This document shows, one piece after another, positions 19,395-29,770 of a stretch of DNA of 64,000 bases. The translations under genes were made by a program, and so were the position numbers. Each line of letters begins with the position of its first letter. Positions within the stretch are counted from its first letter, which is position 1. The notes below the pieces were generated by a model. It made no database searches and had not been told where the DNA came from. It saw nothing but the letters and a program-made list of their open reading frames with translations. Location: the NCBI GenBank assembly GCA_032128875.1, contig JAVLKG010000005.1:160001-224000 (forward strand), in the 5' to 3' direction. The DNA comes from Candidatus Melainabacteria bacterium 17Bon1m (GTDB taxonomy: Bacteria > Cyanobacteriota > Vampirovibrionia > Obscuribacterales > Obscuribacteraceae).

Positions 19395-20156
19395 TTACTT
19401 CGCGCCGGTGCGGCCCTTGATGATGGAGCCGAGACCCTGGGCGCGCTTGGCGGCTTCGAAGTCGCGCTGAGCCTGCGGGCCCTGAGCGTCCTCGAGCTGA
19501 GCCTTCGCCTGCTCGAACTCCTCGTTCACCTTGTCGCCCTCGCGAGCGATCTTGGCGCCGGTGGAGTTCATGCCCTTGAAGCTGTCGACCACGTCGGCGG
19601 CGCCGCGCAGAGCGCTGGTCGCCTTGGCCTTCGCCTCGTGCGACTTGACGGTGAGCTGCAGCTCCTTGAGCTTGGCCTGGGCGTCGGTGACGGCCTGCTT
19701 GGTGACGGCGACGGTCTGCTCGATGGAAGCGACGGTCTGCGCCTGGATGTCACGCTCGCTGGTGGCCGACTGGACGTTGGAGGCCTGCTGTTGCACCATG
19801 GCGTCGGCTTCGAGCTCGGCGTCCGTGATGTTGGGGTTCTTGCCCTTCGCCATGCTGATGGCGAGGTCGAGGTCGCCGTTGGCGGCTTCGAGGGCCTTCT
19901 CCTTGTCGGCGAGCTTGTTGCGCTCGTTGTTCAGGGTGCCACGCAGGTCGGACGCCTTGCGCGACGCGCTGGCGACGATGCCTTCCTGCTCGGCGATCAG
20001 GGCGAGCTCACGCTCGATCGGCGTGGTGAGCTTGTTGTTGCCCTTGCCCAGGAGGATGAGAACGTTGCGGCGGAACGACGGGGACACGACGCAACCGATG
20101 AGAGTGCCGACGACAGCGGCGCCAAGCACGTAAGCGATAAGAGCCCAAATGGTCAT
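19395..20156 (-). CDS. PspA/IM30 (ESCRT-III-like) family coiled-coil protein with N-terminal TM helix
   Basis: Start MTIWALIAYVLG after a CAGGAG RBS; long coiled coils; KAKATSALR..DSFKGM..DKVNEEFEQAKAQLE C-terminal pattern typical of PspA. Confidence 0.62.
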   Translation of the reverse strand: MTIWALIAYVLGAAVVGTLIGCVVSPSFRRNVLILLGKGNNKLTTPIERELALIAEQEGIVASASRKASDLRGTLNNERNKLADKEKALEAANGDLDLAISMAKGKNPNITDAELEADAMVQQQASNVQSATSERDIQAQTVASIEQTVAVTKQAVTDAQAKLKELQLTVKSHEAKAKATSALRGAADVVDSFKGMNSTGAKIAREGDKVNEEFEQAKAQLEDAQGPQAQRDFEAAKRAQGLGSIIKGRTGAK

Positions 20157-20384
20157 GGTGAATTCTCCTGTTTGAGTCGCATTGCGACTCGGTTGTTGCC
20201 CGTATGGGCACACTGACACGTTCGGAAAGACGCCCCAGCCGGTCGACTGCAACATGCAATCTGTTTTACCGGTCGGGGCGCTGCCTACCTAAAGGCATCA
20301 GATGCGGTTCGTCGCCGCATCCAAGAAATCCTGGCGTCACTCGACGCCAGGACTGAGACATCGCGAGCCGCTAGCGGCCGTCGA

Positions 20385-23300
20385 TCAATCGAAGCCGTTG
20401 TTGCTCGTCGTGGTCGACGAGCTGTTGTCGAAGCTCGAGCTGATGGTCGTGCTGGAGCTCTCCTGAGCCCGAGCAGCAGCAGCATCGGCGTCACGCTGAC
20501 GTTGCTCGGCCTGGCGTTGCCGCTCGGCTGCCTCGTCATCGAGCTGCTTCTGGTAGGCGACCGCCACAGCGATTGCAGTGGCGACTTCCTGCGCAGCCGT
20601 CTCTTCAGCCTTCTCAGCCGAACGATAGGCTTCGCCCGCCTTGGACTTGGCGCTCTCGTAGTCCTTGTTGTTGAACAGGGACTCGGCGGAGGTCAGCAGA
20701 GCAGCGGCGTTGGTGGTGTTGGCGCGGACGCTTTCACCGAACGTCTTGCTCGAGCCGCCGATGGTCTTCGACTTCCGGAAGGACGTGCCCCGGACGCCGT
20801 CGATCTTCTGCTGAGCCTGCTCGATGGCAGCTTCCGCTTCCGTGCCGGCCTTCTTGTCGGCAGCCGACAGTTCGCGGGCCTTCTTGCAGAGGTCCTTGCC
20901 CGCCTCGGTACGCTGAGCGATGGCGTTCCAGTCGGCCTTCGCAACGGCAACATCGCGACGCACATTGGCGAGCGCGGTGCGGCCTTCGCTGAGCTTGGAC
21001 GTGGTAGCCTGCCGCACGTACTCGTGCATGCACTCGCTGGCAGCCGTGTTGACCGCGGTTTCGAGTTCGCCGATGGCCTTGACCGCGTTGTCGTACGCAC
21101 GCTTCTCTTCGTCGATCTTGGAGTCGACGCCCTTCAGCGTGGTGAGCAACTCGTCGGCAGCCTTGGCGGCAGCCGGCCAGTCGGTGATGGGCAGAGCGAC
21201 GTCGGTCTGCTGACGCGTCAGCACAGGCTGAGCGCTGGCAAACGTGCCGTCGGTCTTCTGGGACGTGGTGAACGCGTGATCCTTGAGCTTGCGCACGAGC
21301 GCAGTCGCGAGATCGTTGGCGGCCTCCACGGTGGACTTGGCGTGGTCGCGCAGACGCTTCAGCTCGGCGAGCTTGGCGTGCACTTCCGTGATCGCGTCAC
21401 GCGAGTGCTGGATGTCGCCGCCGATGCCTTCGAGCAGAGCCCGACCGGCGAGGTAGCGCTGTTCCAGGAACGCAGTCTTGATCTTCGCCAGCTCGCCGTC
21501 CGTCTTGTCGCGGACCGCCTTGGCGGTGGTGAGCTTGGCCGGCTGACCTTCGAAGTTCTTCTTCAAGAACCCGGCGTTCAGCTCGTCGATGGCAGCATCG
21601 CCGCCCTCGATTTCGGACTTCAGCTTGCCGACCGCGGTGCGGATGCCCGGAACACCCTTCTGGATGAAGGCCGCCGCCGCCACGATGGCATCGACCAGGG
21701 TCGAGGCTTCGTTCGCCTTGCTCTCGGAATTCGACTTCGCCTTGTTGGCGTCATCGAGCTTTCCTTCGAGGACGAGCTTCAGCGCCGACGCGAGGAAATC
21801 GCGCGCGTCGCCGACCTGCTTGTCCGGATTGCCGTCCGCTTCCTGGAGCAGAAGGTTGACCGGCAGTCCGTCCGGAGCCTTGAAGCTGGCTTCCGGATAG
21901 GTGTAGTCGGCAGCCTTGGCGCGGGTGTCCGCCACCTTCTTGGCCGCCTTCTCGATCTGGCTCGCGGTGGTCGCCAGCGACTGCTTCAGAGCGATCGCCC
22001 GGTTGAGCGCCGCCTTCACAGCCGTGACGCCGTCTTCGACAGCCTGCGAGTTGTCGCTGGCTTCGAGCGGGTCGCTGTCCATGATCTCGAGGAACGCGGC
22101 CCGAGCCTTTTGCAGCTCAGCCATGCCCGCCTCGTACGGGGCGAACACCAGCTCGTTCTCGGCGAGCTTCGGCTTGAGCGCCTCGACTTCACCCATCAGC
22201 CGCTCGATGTCGGCCTTGTTCTCGCGGACCTTCTCGAAGGACTTCTTGAGGTTGGCGAGCAGCGTCTGGAGCTCAGTGTTGACCGTCTCCATCTCGGCCA
22301 TCAGGTCGGAGATCTTGTCGTAGGTCTTGGTGACCACGGCACTGCCGAACAGCGACTTCTGCTCAGTGGAGAGCAGGGCGCCCTGGACGGTGATCTTGTC
22401 CTCCGTGTAGGCCTTGATGACAGCGTTGTAGCCGCCCCAGCCGAACGGATTCTTCTGACCGGCGAAGTCTGCTTCTGCCTTGTCCAGACGCGCCGACAAG
22501 GTGAGCTTGCCGTCGGTGATCTGGGAGTACAGCGTCATCGCCTGCCGAACCGAAGCCAGCGAGCGATTCTTCAGCCGACCTTCCCAGCCCATGGTCTGGT
22601 CCAGGAAGCGCAGCCCCTTGTCCTGCAGGTCAGTGTAGTTCTGACCCAGCGTGTTGGCGTCGGTGCGAGCCTTCGTCAGCAGCGCCTCGGCGGTTGCACG
22701 CCGGCGACGAGAGACGACGAAGAGCGAGACCAGCACGATGATGAGCAGAGTCGGAGGACCGCCGTAGGTGAGCGCCGCCATGATGGTCGCGTTGCGCGCC
22801 GCAGCCTCTTGGGCAGCGATGCGGTCGGCTTCCGCCTGTTGACGTTGACGCTCTTGTTCGGCGATGCGGTCGCGCTCGGCACGTTGTGCGGCGGCAGCAT
22901 CGGCGGCGATCTTTTGATCGATGCTGGCGATGATGCTGTTGGCGATGTTGCGCATGTAGCCACGCACGTCACCGTTGCCGAGCAGGTGCTTGTTGCTGTC
23001 CATGTAGCTCTGCAGCGCAGCGTTGGAAACGCCGAGCGACAGTGCGCGTGGACCGAGGTTGCCGCTGCGTGCCGTCTTGGAGAAGTTGGTGCCGGGAAGA
23101 CCGTACACCGTGACGAGCACGTAGTTGTCCGAGTTGAAGCCGTTGGAGGCCTGGAATCGACGCAGCACGTTGTCGGTCATCTGGCGACCGAAGACGGTGT
23201 TGTCGATGTTCTCAGTGCCACGCTCGGCAATGACGAAGATGAACCGCAGGTTGTGCTTGTTGCCAGCCTGCTGCAGAGTCTGTTCCAGTCCGCTCACACC

Positions 23301-23447
23301 CACTTGCAATTGCGGGTCGACGTAGACGTTCTGGCTCGCATTGGGTTGCGGCTGCCAGGTGTCTGCGGCTTGAGCAGGAAGGCTGAAACTCAGCGCTGCC
23401 ACCAGGAGCACTGGTAGCATCAGAATTTTGCCAAACAGTTTGTGCAT
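20385..23447 (-). CDS. Signal peptide, TPM-like exported domain, TM helix and about 750-aa cytoplasmic coiled-coil/helical-repeat region
   Basis: AQA signal cleavage site; VYVDP..LEQTLQ..LRFIFVI TPM-like fold; TM followed by RRRR; Ala/Lys/Glu-rich heptads; Ser-rich tail ending GFD. Confidence 0.7.
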   Translation of the reverse strand: MHKLFGKILMLPVLLVAALSFSLPAQAADTWQPQPNASQNVYVDPQLQVGVSGLEQTLQQAGNKHNLRFIFVIAERGTENIDNTVFGRQMTDNVLRRFQASNGFNSDNYVLVTVYGLPGTNFSKTARSGNLGPRALSLGVSNAALQSYMDSNKHLLGNGDVRGYMRNIANSIIASIDQKIAADAAAAQRAERDRIAEQERQRQQAEADRIAAQEAAARNATIMAALTYGGPPTLLIIVLVSLFVVSRRRRATAEALLTKARTDANTLGQNYTDLQDKGLRFLDQTMGWEGRLKNRSLASVRQAMTLYSQITDGKLTLSARLDKAEADFAGQKNPFGWGGYNAVIKAYTEDKITVQGALLSTEQKSLFGSAVVTKTYDKISDLMAEMETVNTELQTLLANLKKSFEKVRENKADIERLMGEVEALKPKLAENELVFAPYEAGMAELQKARAAFLEIMDSDPLEASDNSQAVEDGVTAVKAALNRAIALKQSLATTASQIEKAAKKVADTRAKAADYTYPEASFKAPDGLPVNLLLQEADGNPDKQVGDARDFLASALKLVLEGKLDDANKAKSNSESKANEASTLVDAIVAAAAFIQKGVPGIRTAVGKLKSEIEGGDAAIDELNAGFLKKNFEGQPAKLTTAKAVRDKTDGELAKIKTAFLEQRYLAGRALLEGIGGDIQHSRDAITEVHAKLAELKRLRDHAKSTVEAANDLATALVRKLKDHAFTTSQKTDGTFASAQPVLTRQQTDVALPITDWPAAAKAADELLTTLKGVDSKIDEEKRAYDNAVKAIGELETAVNTAASECMHEYVRQATTSKLSEGRTALANVRRDVAVAKADWNAIAQRTEAGKDLCKKARELSAADKKAGTEAEAAIEQAQQKIDGVRGTSFRKSKTIGGSSKTFGESVRANTTNAAALLTSAESLFNNKDYESAKSKAGEAYRSAEKAEETAAQEVATAIAVAVAYQKQLDDEAAERQRQAEQRQRDADAAAARAQESSSTTISSSFDNSSSTTTSNNGFD

Positions 23448-24333
23448 AGTTTCTCAGTCTCCAGTCTGTTGGATGGAGTTGACTCGCCCGAGCAGATGCG
23501 AAAGGCTTCTTTGCCTGTCGTGTGCGCGCGGGTTGGAGGATTAGGAGAGTTTGCGTAGATGAATGCAGTTTGCGAAGAACTCGCCAACCACACCACCTAG
23601 CTCGCGCCTCCTCGGGGTGACTTTTTGCCCGTCCGCTCGGAATGCGAACGAGTGAAAACCGCTCAGCGGCTCTCACTCGTAGGCATTAGGTTTTGTCGGA
23701 ATTTAGCGGGTTGGTGCTGGTGTTCTCGGGAATTGGAAGGGCAAACGAAGTATGCCTGCACGCTACCAGAGGGGGCTGCTATTAAAGAAATCCGTGCGCA
23801 TGTGTTTAGAGCTATATGTCACGCCCACGCGTCGTCTCATTAGAGAAAACTCCTAATCCTCATATCGCCGCCGACTCGCCCCTTTGCAACCTTTGCGCTG
23901 TGAATTTTGGGGTGCCTGACCGCTGTTTTCCCTGCCTATTGTTGAGGACCTCTAATCTGAGCCTGTGTAGTGTTGCTAGCATAGGAGCGCGTTACACTTG
24001 TTACTTGGCAGCGGCGTGATTTCACCGCTCTTATCTGTCCGCGGCAAAACTCATATTACGTGCCTGGTTATTTGGTGGCTCTAAGACTTCTATCTAGTAC
24101 TTCGCGTACCTCGCGCGCGCGCGCGAAACCTATCGATTACTTCGAGTTAAGCGCTAGGAGTCGGAAAGATAATAACTCCGCACGCGTGGCAGTGCTGTGT
24201 CTTCGTGACCTACGCGGTAGTCCTGCCCGCCTGTGTGTGCGCATGCGTGCCCCCGTGAATGAGTATATACAGGCGCGCATCGCGTAAGCTGACGCAAGGC
24301 CGATGCTAGGCGCAAACCTGAGTTACTTAACTT

Positions 24334-26403
24334 CTAACCGCTTTGGCGCACTTTCCATTTTTGCCAGCGCATCAATTCGGCGACGGATGCAGAGAAAGCA
24401 AAACATCCACGAGGTGTGTGTGGTTTGTCGCCATCGATAATTTCGTTGACGCTACCTAAGGCTCCTTCGTTCTCTAGATTTTGAAACATAGGTTGCAGCA
24501 AAGAGTCGACCTTCGCGAGCGTGGCCATGGTATTGCCGTACACATTCACGTAAGCCTCGAGATAAAAGCCGAGCAGATAAGGCCAAGCTGTGCCCTGGTA
24601 ATAGCTCAAATCTCGGTGATACTGATCGGCATGTGCTAGCCCGCAGCCGTAGCGTCCTTGGTAGCTCTCGTCAGCTTGCGCTAGCGTTCGTACTCCTGTT
24701 GGTGTCAGAAGAAACGCGTCGATAGCCGTTAAGATCGACCTCTCTTGCTCTTTTTCTAGAGCCCTGAAAGGCATAGCCACTGCGAAAAGTTGATTTGGTC
24801 TAAGCGTATCATCGTTATTTTTGTCGCCTTTGCCACGTCCGTCGATTACATCGTAAAGATAGGCTGCATCAGGGTTCCAAAATCTCTGCATAGACTTATG
24901 AGCCTGGTCGCGCAAGCGTTCCATCTGCGTGAAAATCGTGCTCGTCATCCCTTCTTGCTGAGCGAAGTTGACGCAAACAGAAAGGAAGTTTAGCCAGAGC
25001 GCCTGAATCTCGACCGGCTTACCGGCTCGTTCGGTGATGGGGAAATCGGCTACCTTGCTGTCCATCCAGGTCAGTGCCTGGTCTCGGCGGTGGCAGAGCA
25101 GAAGACCATCCTTAGGGTCGACTCTGATACCGTCATTGGTGCCGCGAATGAAATGGTTGGCGGCTTCCTCTAGAAGCGGCAACTGGCTCTTCAAAATCTC
25201 TCTATCTTTAGAAGCCGTAACGTAATGATGAAGTGCCCATGCCCACCAAAGCGTCACATCCACTGCTGAGTATTCCGGCTCGCCCGAACTTTCAAGATAG
25301 CGCAGCGGCAATAGACCGTCCTTCATACGAGCCGGCTGGTTCAGCAAAATCTTTTTTGCCTCATCGTATCGATGCGTTGAGAGAGTCAAGCCAGGCAGCG
25401 ATATCAGTGTCCAGCGACCGAAGTCGGCGAACCAGGGATAGCCAGCCATTACGGTTAGCCTGTCTTCGCCTTTGTCCTTGACGATAAACTGGTCGCACGC
25501 CACTGAAAGCAGGCTATTCTGCACATTTTTCGGCAGCGCCGAGCGTTCCAATAACCCGCGCTGGCGTTTCAAATTCACTGCCACAGGCTCATTGATATCA
25601 CCTATCTCAGCGGGGCGGTCTAAAGACGCCGCTATCATCAACGGTTTGTCGGCACTAAGCTCGGCTGTCAGAGTGCCTACCAATAGCAGGTCTTCTGAAT
25701 CTTTCTCCCCTCTTGCTGTTTCCTCATGCCAAGCAAAGTCCCACCACCACTGGCGCTGCGGCTCATAGTCGCCGTGCGTCCAGGAAAGGCACAGGCGCCG
25801 GTCGGCTTCGTTGATGCGCACGACAGAGCCTTTGGGAGAAACGAATTGAGGATAGTGAAATTCCGAAGAGCCATGTACTTGGCTGTGAAATGAGCGAAAC
25901 GCTGCCAGCACGCGGATCTTGATTTGTACTTTGGGGCGGTCCGAGGGATGGCCGGGCACGAAATAATAGCTGGCGTAAAGCTCGTTGGTGCCCCATTTGA
26001 GTGTCAGCTGTTTCACTAAATAATGGTTGCCGATGGCGTAGACCCATGTCGGCGTCGGCAAAGTGGTAAAGGACTCCACCAGCTTGTAACCGCTCGGCGA
26101 TACCACCCCTGATGCCCACTCGTTGGTGGTCAGCTCGAATTCCTGCCCGTCCACCGTGACTATTTCATCAAGCTTACTCAGGATCACGTGCCTGTCGCGC
26201 GGGGGATTCAAAGCCGAAACAAGCAGCCCGTGATAGCGTCTGCGATTGGCGCCCGAAATCGTGCTGGAAGAATATCCGCCCAAGCCGTTGACCACGAGCC
26301 ACTCTCTGTTGTCGACCGAGCCCGTGGCAGGGTACCAGACCGGCACTTCGTAAGTGAGGTCGGGATGTTTTTGTTTGAGCCAGCTGATCAAACCAAAGGT
26401 CAT
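24334..26403 (-). CDS. Glycogen debranching enzyme (amylo-alpha-1,6-glucosidase, GDE_N plus GDE_C)
   Basis: REWLVVNGLGGYSS..RRYHGLL, AGYPWFADFGR, LTWMD, GKPVEIQALW, RPNQLFA, YYQGTAWPYLLG, EIIDGD.PH.PRGC. Confidence 0.92.
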   Translation of the reverse strand: MTFGLISWLKQKHPDLTYEVPVWYPATGSVDNREWLVVNGLGGYSSSTISGANRRRYHGLLVSALNPPRDRHVILSKLDEIVTVDGQEFELTTNEWASGVVSPSGYKLVESFTTLPTPTWVYAIGNHYLVKQLTLKWGTNELYASYYFVPGHPSDRPKVQIKIRVLAAFRSFHSQVHGSSEFHYPQFVSPKGSVVRINEADRRLCLSWTHGDYEPQRQWWWDFAWHEETARGEKDSEDLLLVGTLTAELSADKPLMIAASLDRPAEIGDINEPVAVNLKRQRGLLERSALPKNVQNSLLSVACDQFIVKDKGEDRLTVMAGYPWFADFGRWTLISLPGLTLSTHRYDEAKKILLNQPARMKDGLLPLRYLESSGEPEYSAVDVTLWWAWALHHYVTASKDREILKSQLPLLEEAANHFIRGTNDGIRVDPKDGLLLCHRRDQALTWMDSKVADFPITERAGKPVEIQALWLNFLSVCVNFAQQEGMTSTIFTQMERLRDQAHKSMQRFWNPDAAYLYDVIDGRGKGDKNNDDTLRPNQLFAVAMPFRALEKEQERSILTAIDAFLLTPTGVRTLAQADESYQGRYGCGLAHADQYHRDLSYYQGTAWPYLLGFYLEAYVNVYGNTMATLAKVDSLLQPMFQNLENEGALGSVNEIIDGDKPHTPRGCFAFSASVAELMRWQKWKVRQSG

Positions 26404-26426
26404 TACTTCGATCCTATCTTCTTGCC

Positions 26427-28142
26427 ATGACGTTTGCCATCCTCAATCAAGTGAAAAGTTGCCTTCAGATTTCTTGCGGCCACTTTTGTTGCTATTCCTC
26501 AATTTATGTCCGAAAAAGCCCGTTTGGGTATAGAACCACACGGGAACGTCCTTTTGAATTGACAAATCGATTTTCGAGCCGAGGAAAGTCTTTGCCGCCC
26601 CCAGACAAGCCGCACAACAATGACGTGATACCCATATCTCAGCCTCTCAAGCCCTGGGAGCAAGGCTATCGCTTTGACTTGAATGGACAAGACGGCGCTA
26701 TTCTCACAGGCGACGGGCAGACCGCCAAAGTCGAAGGGGCTCCCGGAATTTTGAACAAGACCGGCAGTGCAGATGTTCACTTACCAAATGCCACGATTGA
26801 TGAAAAACCAAAGGTTTTAGCTGAGGGATCGCCTTCTGAGCAAAACGAGAAATCGGAGCCTAAAGCCCTTACAAACGCTCAAGAGGCTGAGTCGCTCAAT
26901 CGCAGCTTTATCGATCCGACTTTGCGTGCCTTCAGTGCACGTTTTGCATACTTGGCGGCCACCGATGGTTTGACGGCTGACAATGCGTCTATAGCGAAAA
27001 CATTGAAAAAAGCCGGTCCGATGGGCGAGCAGCTATTGGGGCAGATGGCTGAGATGGAAAAGATTGGCTGGAAGTTGCAGCCGATCGGGCTCAATGACCG
27101 CTACCTGCAACTGGAAAGACCCAATCTTCTTTCTCGAATGAGCAAGATGTTGACCCTGTCGGGCTATCATTACGATGCTTTTAAGGGTGAAAACCTGCGG
27201 ACAATCGGCTACAACAACGTCAACAATGCCCTCGGCAGCGTGATGGGCTCCAGCTACGCAATGGGGAACACCGTCAAGCACGTGACCTCAATCGTGGCGC
27301 ATGAAATCGGACACCACGATAAGACAATTGCCGATTTTAGAGACATGTCCAAGCTCACCGTGCCTGAGCAGCAAACGCTTGCAAAACGGCTGCTGGCAAC
27401 AGAAACTCGCGCCATTCTTACTCAATTGCACGTTGCAGACAAGGTCGGTGATTTTCACTTGAGCAATGATTCTTTGAAAACAGCGCTGATGAAGCGGGAT
27501 TTGGGAGGTTTTATTCATGATGCCTGGGGTAAATCCAGCTCCACTTACAGTTCGTTTGCATCCATAGATCGTCAATACGCCAAGACTTTCGTCAACGAGT
27601 TCATCGATGATCTCGCGGTGAAGACGCAAACTAAGTTCAATAATGCCCTTGTCGATGCAAAAACCGGGCGGGTAGGTCTTTTCGACATCACCGAAGGGGC
27701 AGGCAATAAATTTGGAAACATTGCAGGCGACGAGGAGGTGCTCAGGCGCATGAACGCTCCTGTAGCGGAAGCGACTGCCAATCCCGGCCGCTTTGCTGCT
27801 TTTATGGAATCACGGACTGGGCGGGCTCTTGGGTACGGCATGAAGGGCGCAGCCGCACTCGGTTTGCTTGCTACTGCCGCGGATCTGAAAAGCGCATACA
27901 GTGAGAGTTTTTCGAAAGGAAACTCGCGCCTGGCACGCGTCGGTGTCGATTGGGCGGGCTTTGAGGCCGGTACGGTTGTCGGAACTCGGCTAGCTTCCAT
28001 GCTTGCTGTTTCTGCAAAAGTGAAACTGCCTGTGGTGGCAATTCCATTAGCGGCGATTTCATTTGGAATCGGCGGGTCATATCTTGCCGACAAAACACTT
28101 GGTGAAGGCGTCGAAAATTACGTCGGCCGCAAGTTTCCTTAG
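26427..28142 (+). CDS. Hypothetical protein with HExxH zincin motif and C-terminal Gly-zipper hydrophobic region
   Basis: IVAHEIGHH followed by LLATETRA (candidate third Zn ligand). True start may be TTG near 26559. Confidence 0.6.
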   Translation: MTFAILNQVKSCLQISCGHFCCYSSIYVRKSPFGYRTTRERPFELTNRFSSRGKSLPPPDKPHNNDVIPISQPLKPWEQGYRFDLNGQDGAILTGDGQTAKVEGAPGILNKTGSADVHLPNATIDEKPKVLAEGSPSEQNEKSEPKALTNAQEAESLNRSFIDPTLRAFSARFAYLAATDGLTADNASIAKTLKKAGPMGEQLLGQMAEMEKIGWKLQPIGLNDRYLQLERPNLLSRMSKMLTLSGYHYDAFKGENLRTIGYNNVNNALGSVMGSSYAMGNTVKHVTSIVAHEIGHHDKTIADFRDMSKLTVPEQQTLAKRLLATETRAILTQLHVADKVGDFHLSNDSLKTALMKRDLGGFIHDAWGKSSSTYSSFASIDRQYAKTFVNEFIDDLAVKTQTKFNNALVDAKTGRVGLFDITEGAGNKFGNIAGDEEVLRRMNAPVAEATANPGRFAAFMESRTGRALGYGMKGAAALGLLATAADLKSAYSESFSKGNSRLARVGVDWAGFEAGTVVGTRLASMLAVSAKVKLPVVAIPLAAISFGIGGSYLADKTLGEGVENYVGRKFP

Positions 28143-28191
28143 TTGAAATTGGTTCAGCCCTGCCAACGTTCTAATTTTGAAAGGGTAAACT

Positions 28192-29664
28192 TCAAGAAAC
28201 GTGCAGCTGGCGCGCGAATTCTTCAATTGCGTTGCTCAGCACGTTTTCATCCATGTTTGCATAGCCCAAAACATACTCGCCCTGCGGCCAGGGCAGACTT
28301 ATGTAATTAGCGCCTGTAGAGCGGAATGGCACGCCGCAGGTCATTGCCAATTCTCGCAGTCGATCGGAGTGAATCTCAGGCGGGAATCGCAATGTCATAT
28401 GCATGCCTGCATTCTCGCCGACTACTTTTACCTGATCGCCAAAGCACTTAGTGATGGTTTCTGTCAGCTTTTGCCGCTTTCGATCGTAGTAAGTCCGCAT
28501 CCGTCGAATGTGATGTTCGAGCGATCCGTCAGTGATGAAATCCGTGAGTGCAAGCTGTTCTATAAGTGGTGAGTTGTGGTCAGCCATGCGCTTCGCCCAG
28601 CAATATGTGTGCACGAGCTCTTGGGGGACAACCATGTATCCAAGGCGCAGAGACGGGAAAATCAGCTTTGAGAACGTACCTGTGTAAAGCGTCACTCCGC
28701 TGTCATCGAGCGCACTCAATGCTGGAATTGGCAGTCCCGAATAGCGAAACTCGCTGTCATAGTCATCTTCTACGATGACCGTATTGTTTTCCCTTGCCCA
28801 CTGCAGAAGCTTGAGTCGTCTGGGCAAAGGCAAGACGACTCCGGTGGGAAACTGGTGCGAAGGTGTGACGTAGATAAGCCGAGCATTGAAGGTAGTCATT
28901 TTCTCTAGCTCGTCGACACACAAACCGTATTCGTCGACTGGAATTGGTGCGAGTTTTGCACCACAAGCCGAAAGTGTGCGATGGGCGCCGAAGTAGCAAG
29001 GGTCTTCCACAATGGCTACGTCACCGCGATTGATGTGTGTTCGCACAATGAAGTCGAGAGCCTGCTGCGAGCCGCTGACGATTATCACCTGTTCCCAATC
29101 ACACTTAACGCCACGCGCGCGTCTCAAATATTCTACGATTGCTTCGCGCAAGGGGCGGTATCCGCCTGAATCTTTGCTGTACTCGAGCGCCTGCATCGAA
29201 GACACTTCCGTGTGTTTCATCAAAAGTTTGCGCCATTTCTTAAGGGGGGCTTGGTCGAAAGCGACAGAGCCGCCCGTCATCAGTCGCCCCTCTGTCTCGA
29301 AGTCACCTTGAGCCGCGAGGTACTTTCCGAACTCGGAGAGATGCTCCTGAAAGCGTCGCCCACTTGATTCCGATTGGCTGACTGGTTCGCGACCACCGGC
29401 AAAAAGGAGCTTGTCCGGCAGTTCGTTGGAGACGTACGTGCCGCTACCGGCAATACTTTTCAGGTAGCCTTCGCTGAGGAGTTGGTTGTATGCAGAGGTG
29501 GCTGTGGTCCTCGATATGTCCAGCAAGTCCGCCAATTCGCGACTGGAGGGCACTTTCTTTCCGGCAGCCCACTCCCCATTGAGAATGAGACGTCTGAATT
29601 CTTCGTATATCTGGCGATGTAGCGGTATACCGCTGCCAGGGTCGAGGCTGAGTTGCAGATCCAT
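28192..29664 (-). CDS. MocR/GabR (PdxR-like) PLP-dependent transcriptional regulator
   Basis: PSSRELA..ISRTT..AYNQLLSEGYL..GSGTYV; TPSHQFPTG; EDDYDSEFRY; GTFSK..PSLRLGY. Confidence 0.93.
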   Translation of the reverse strand: MDLQLSLDPGSGIPLHRQIYEEFRRLILNGEWAAGKKVPSSRELADLLDISRTTATSAYNQLLSEGYLKSIAGSGTYVSNELPDKLLFAGGREPVSQSESSGRRFQEHLSEFGKYLAAQGDFETEGRLMTGGSVAFDQAPLKKWRKLLMKHTEVSSMQALEYSKDSGGYRPLREAIVEYLRRARGVKCDWEQVIIVSGSQQALDFIVRTHINRGDVAIVEDPCYFGAHRTLSACGAKLAPIPVDEYGLCVDELEKMTTFNARLIYVTPSHQFPTGVVLPLPRRLKLLQWARENNTVIVEDDYDSEFRYSGLPIPALSALDDSGVTLYTGTFSKLIFPSLRLGYMVVPQELVHTYCWAKRMADHNSPLIEQLALTDFITDGSLEHHIRRMRTYYDRKRQKLTETITKCFGDQVKVVGENAGMHMTLRFPPEIHSDRLRELAMTCGVPFRSTGANYISLPWPQGEYVLGYANMDENVLSNAIEEFARQLHVS

Positions 29665-29750
29665 GATGCCGCGGACGGAGAAAGAAATACGGAAAACGGG
29701 CGGAAATGATAAAGGTGGGAAACAGTGAACCGGAAGTAAGTATAAAAGGC

Positions 29751-29770
29751 TGGCCTAATTCTTTTTGCCA
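29751..29770. promoter_or_regulatory. Putative MocR autoregulatory operator beside a TATACT -10 box (29739-29744, minus strand)
   Basis: TGGCCTAATTCTTTTTGCCA inverted repeat about 90 nt upstream of the MocR start. Confidence 0.35.

Noticed and set aside
20502-23417. 971-aa plus-strand ORF antisense to the TPM/coiled-coil gene
   Set aside because: In-register shadow ORF caused by high GC3 and avoidance of TTA/CTA/TCA codons on the coding strand; no motifs or RBS.
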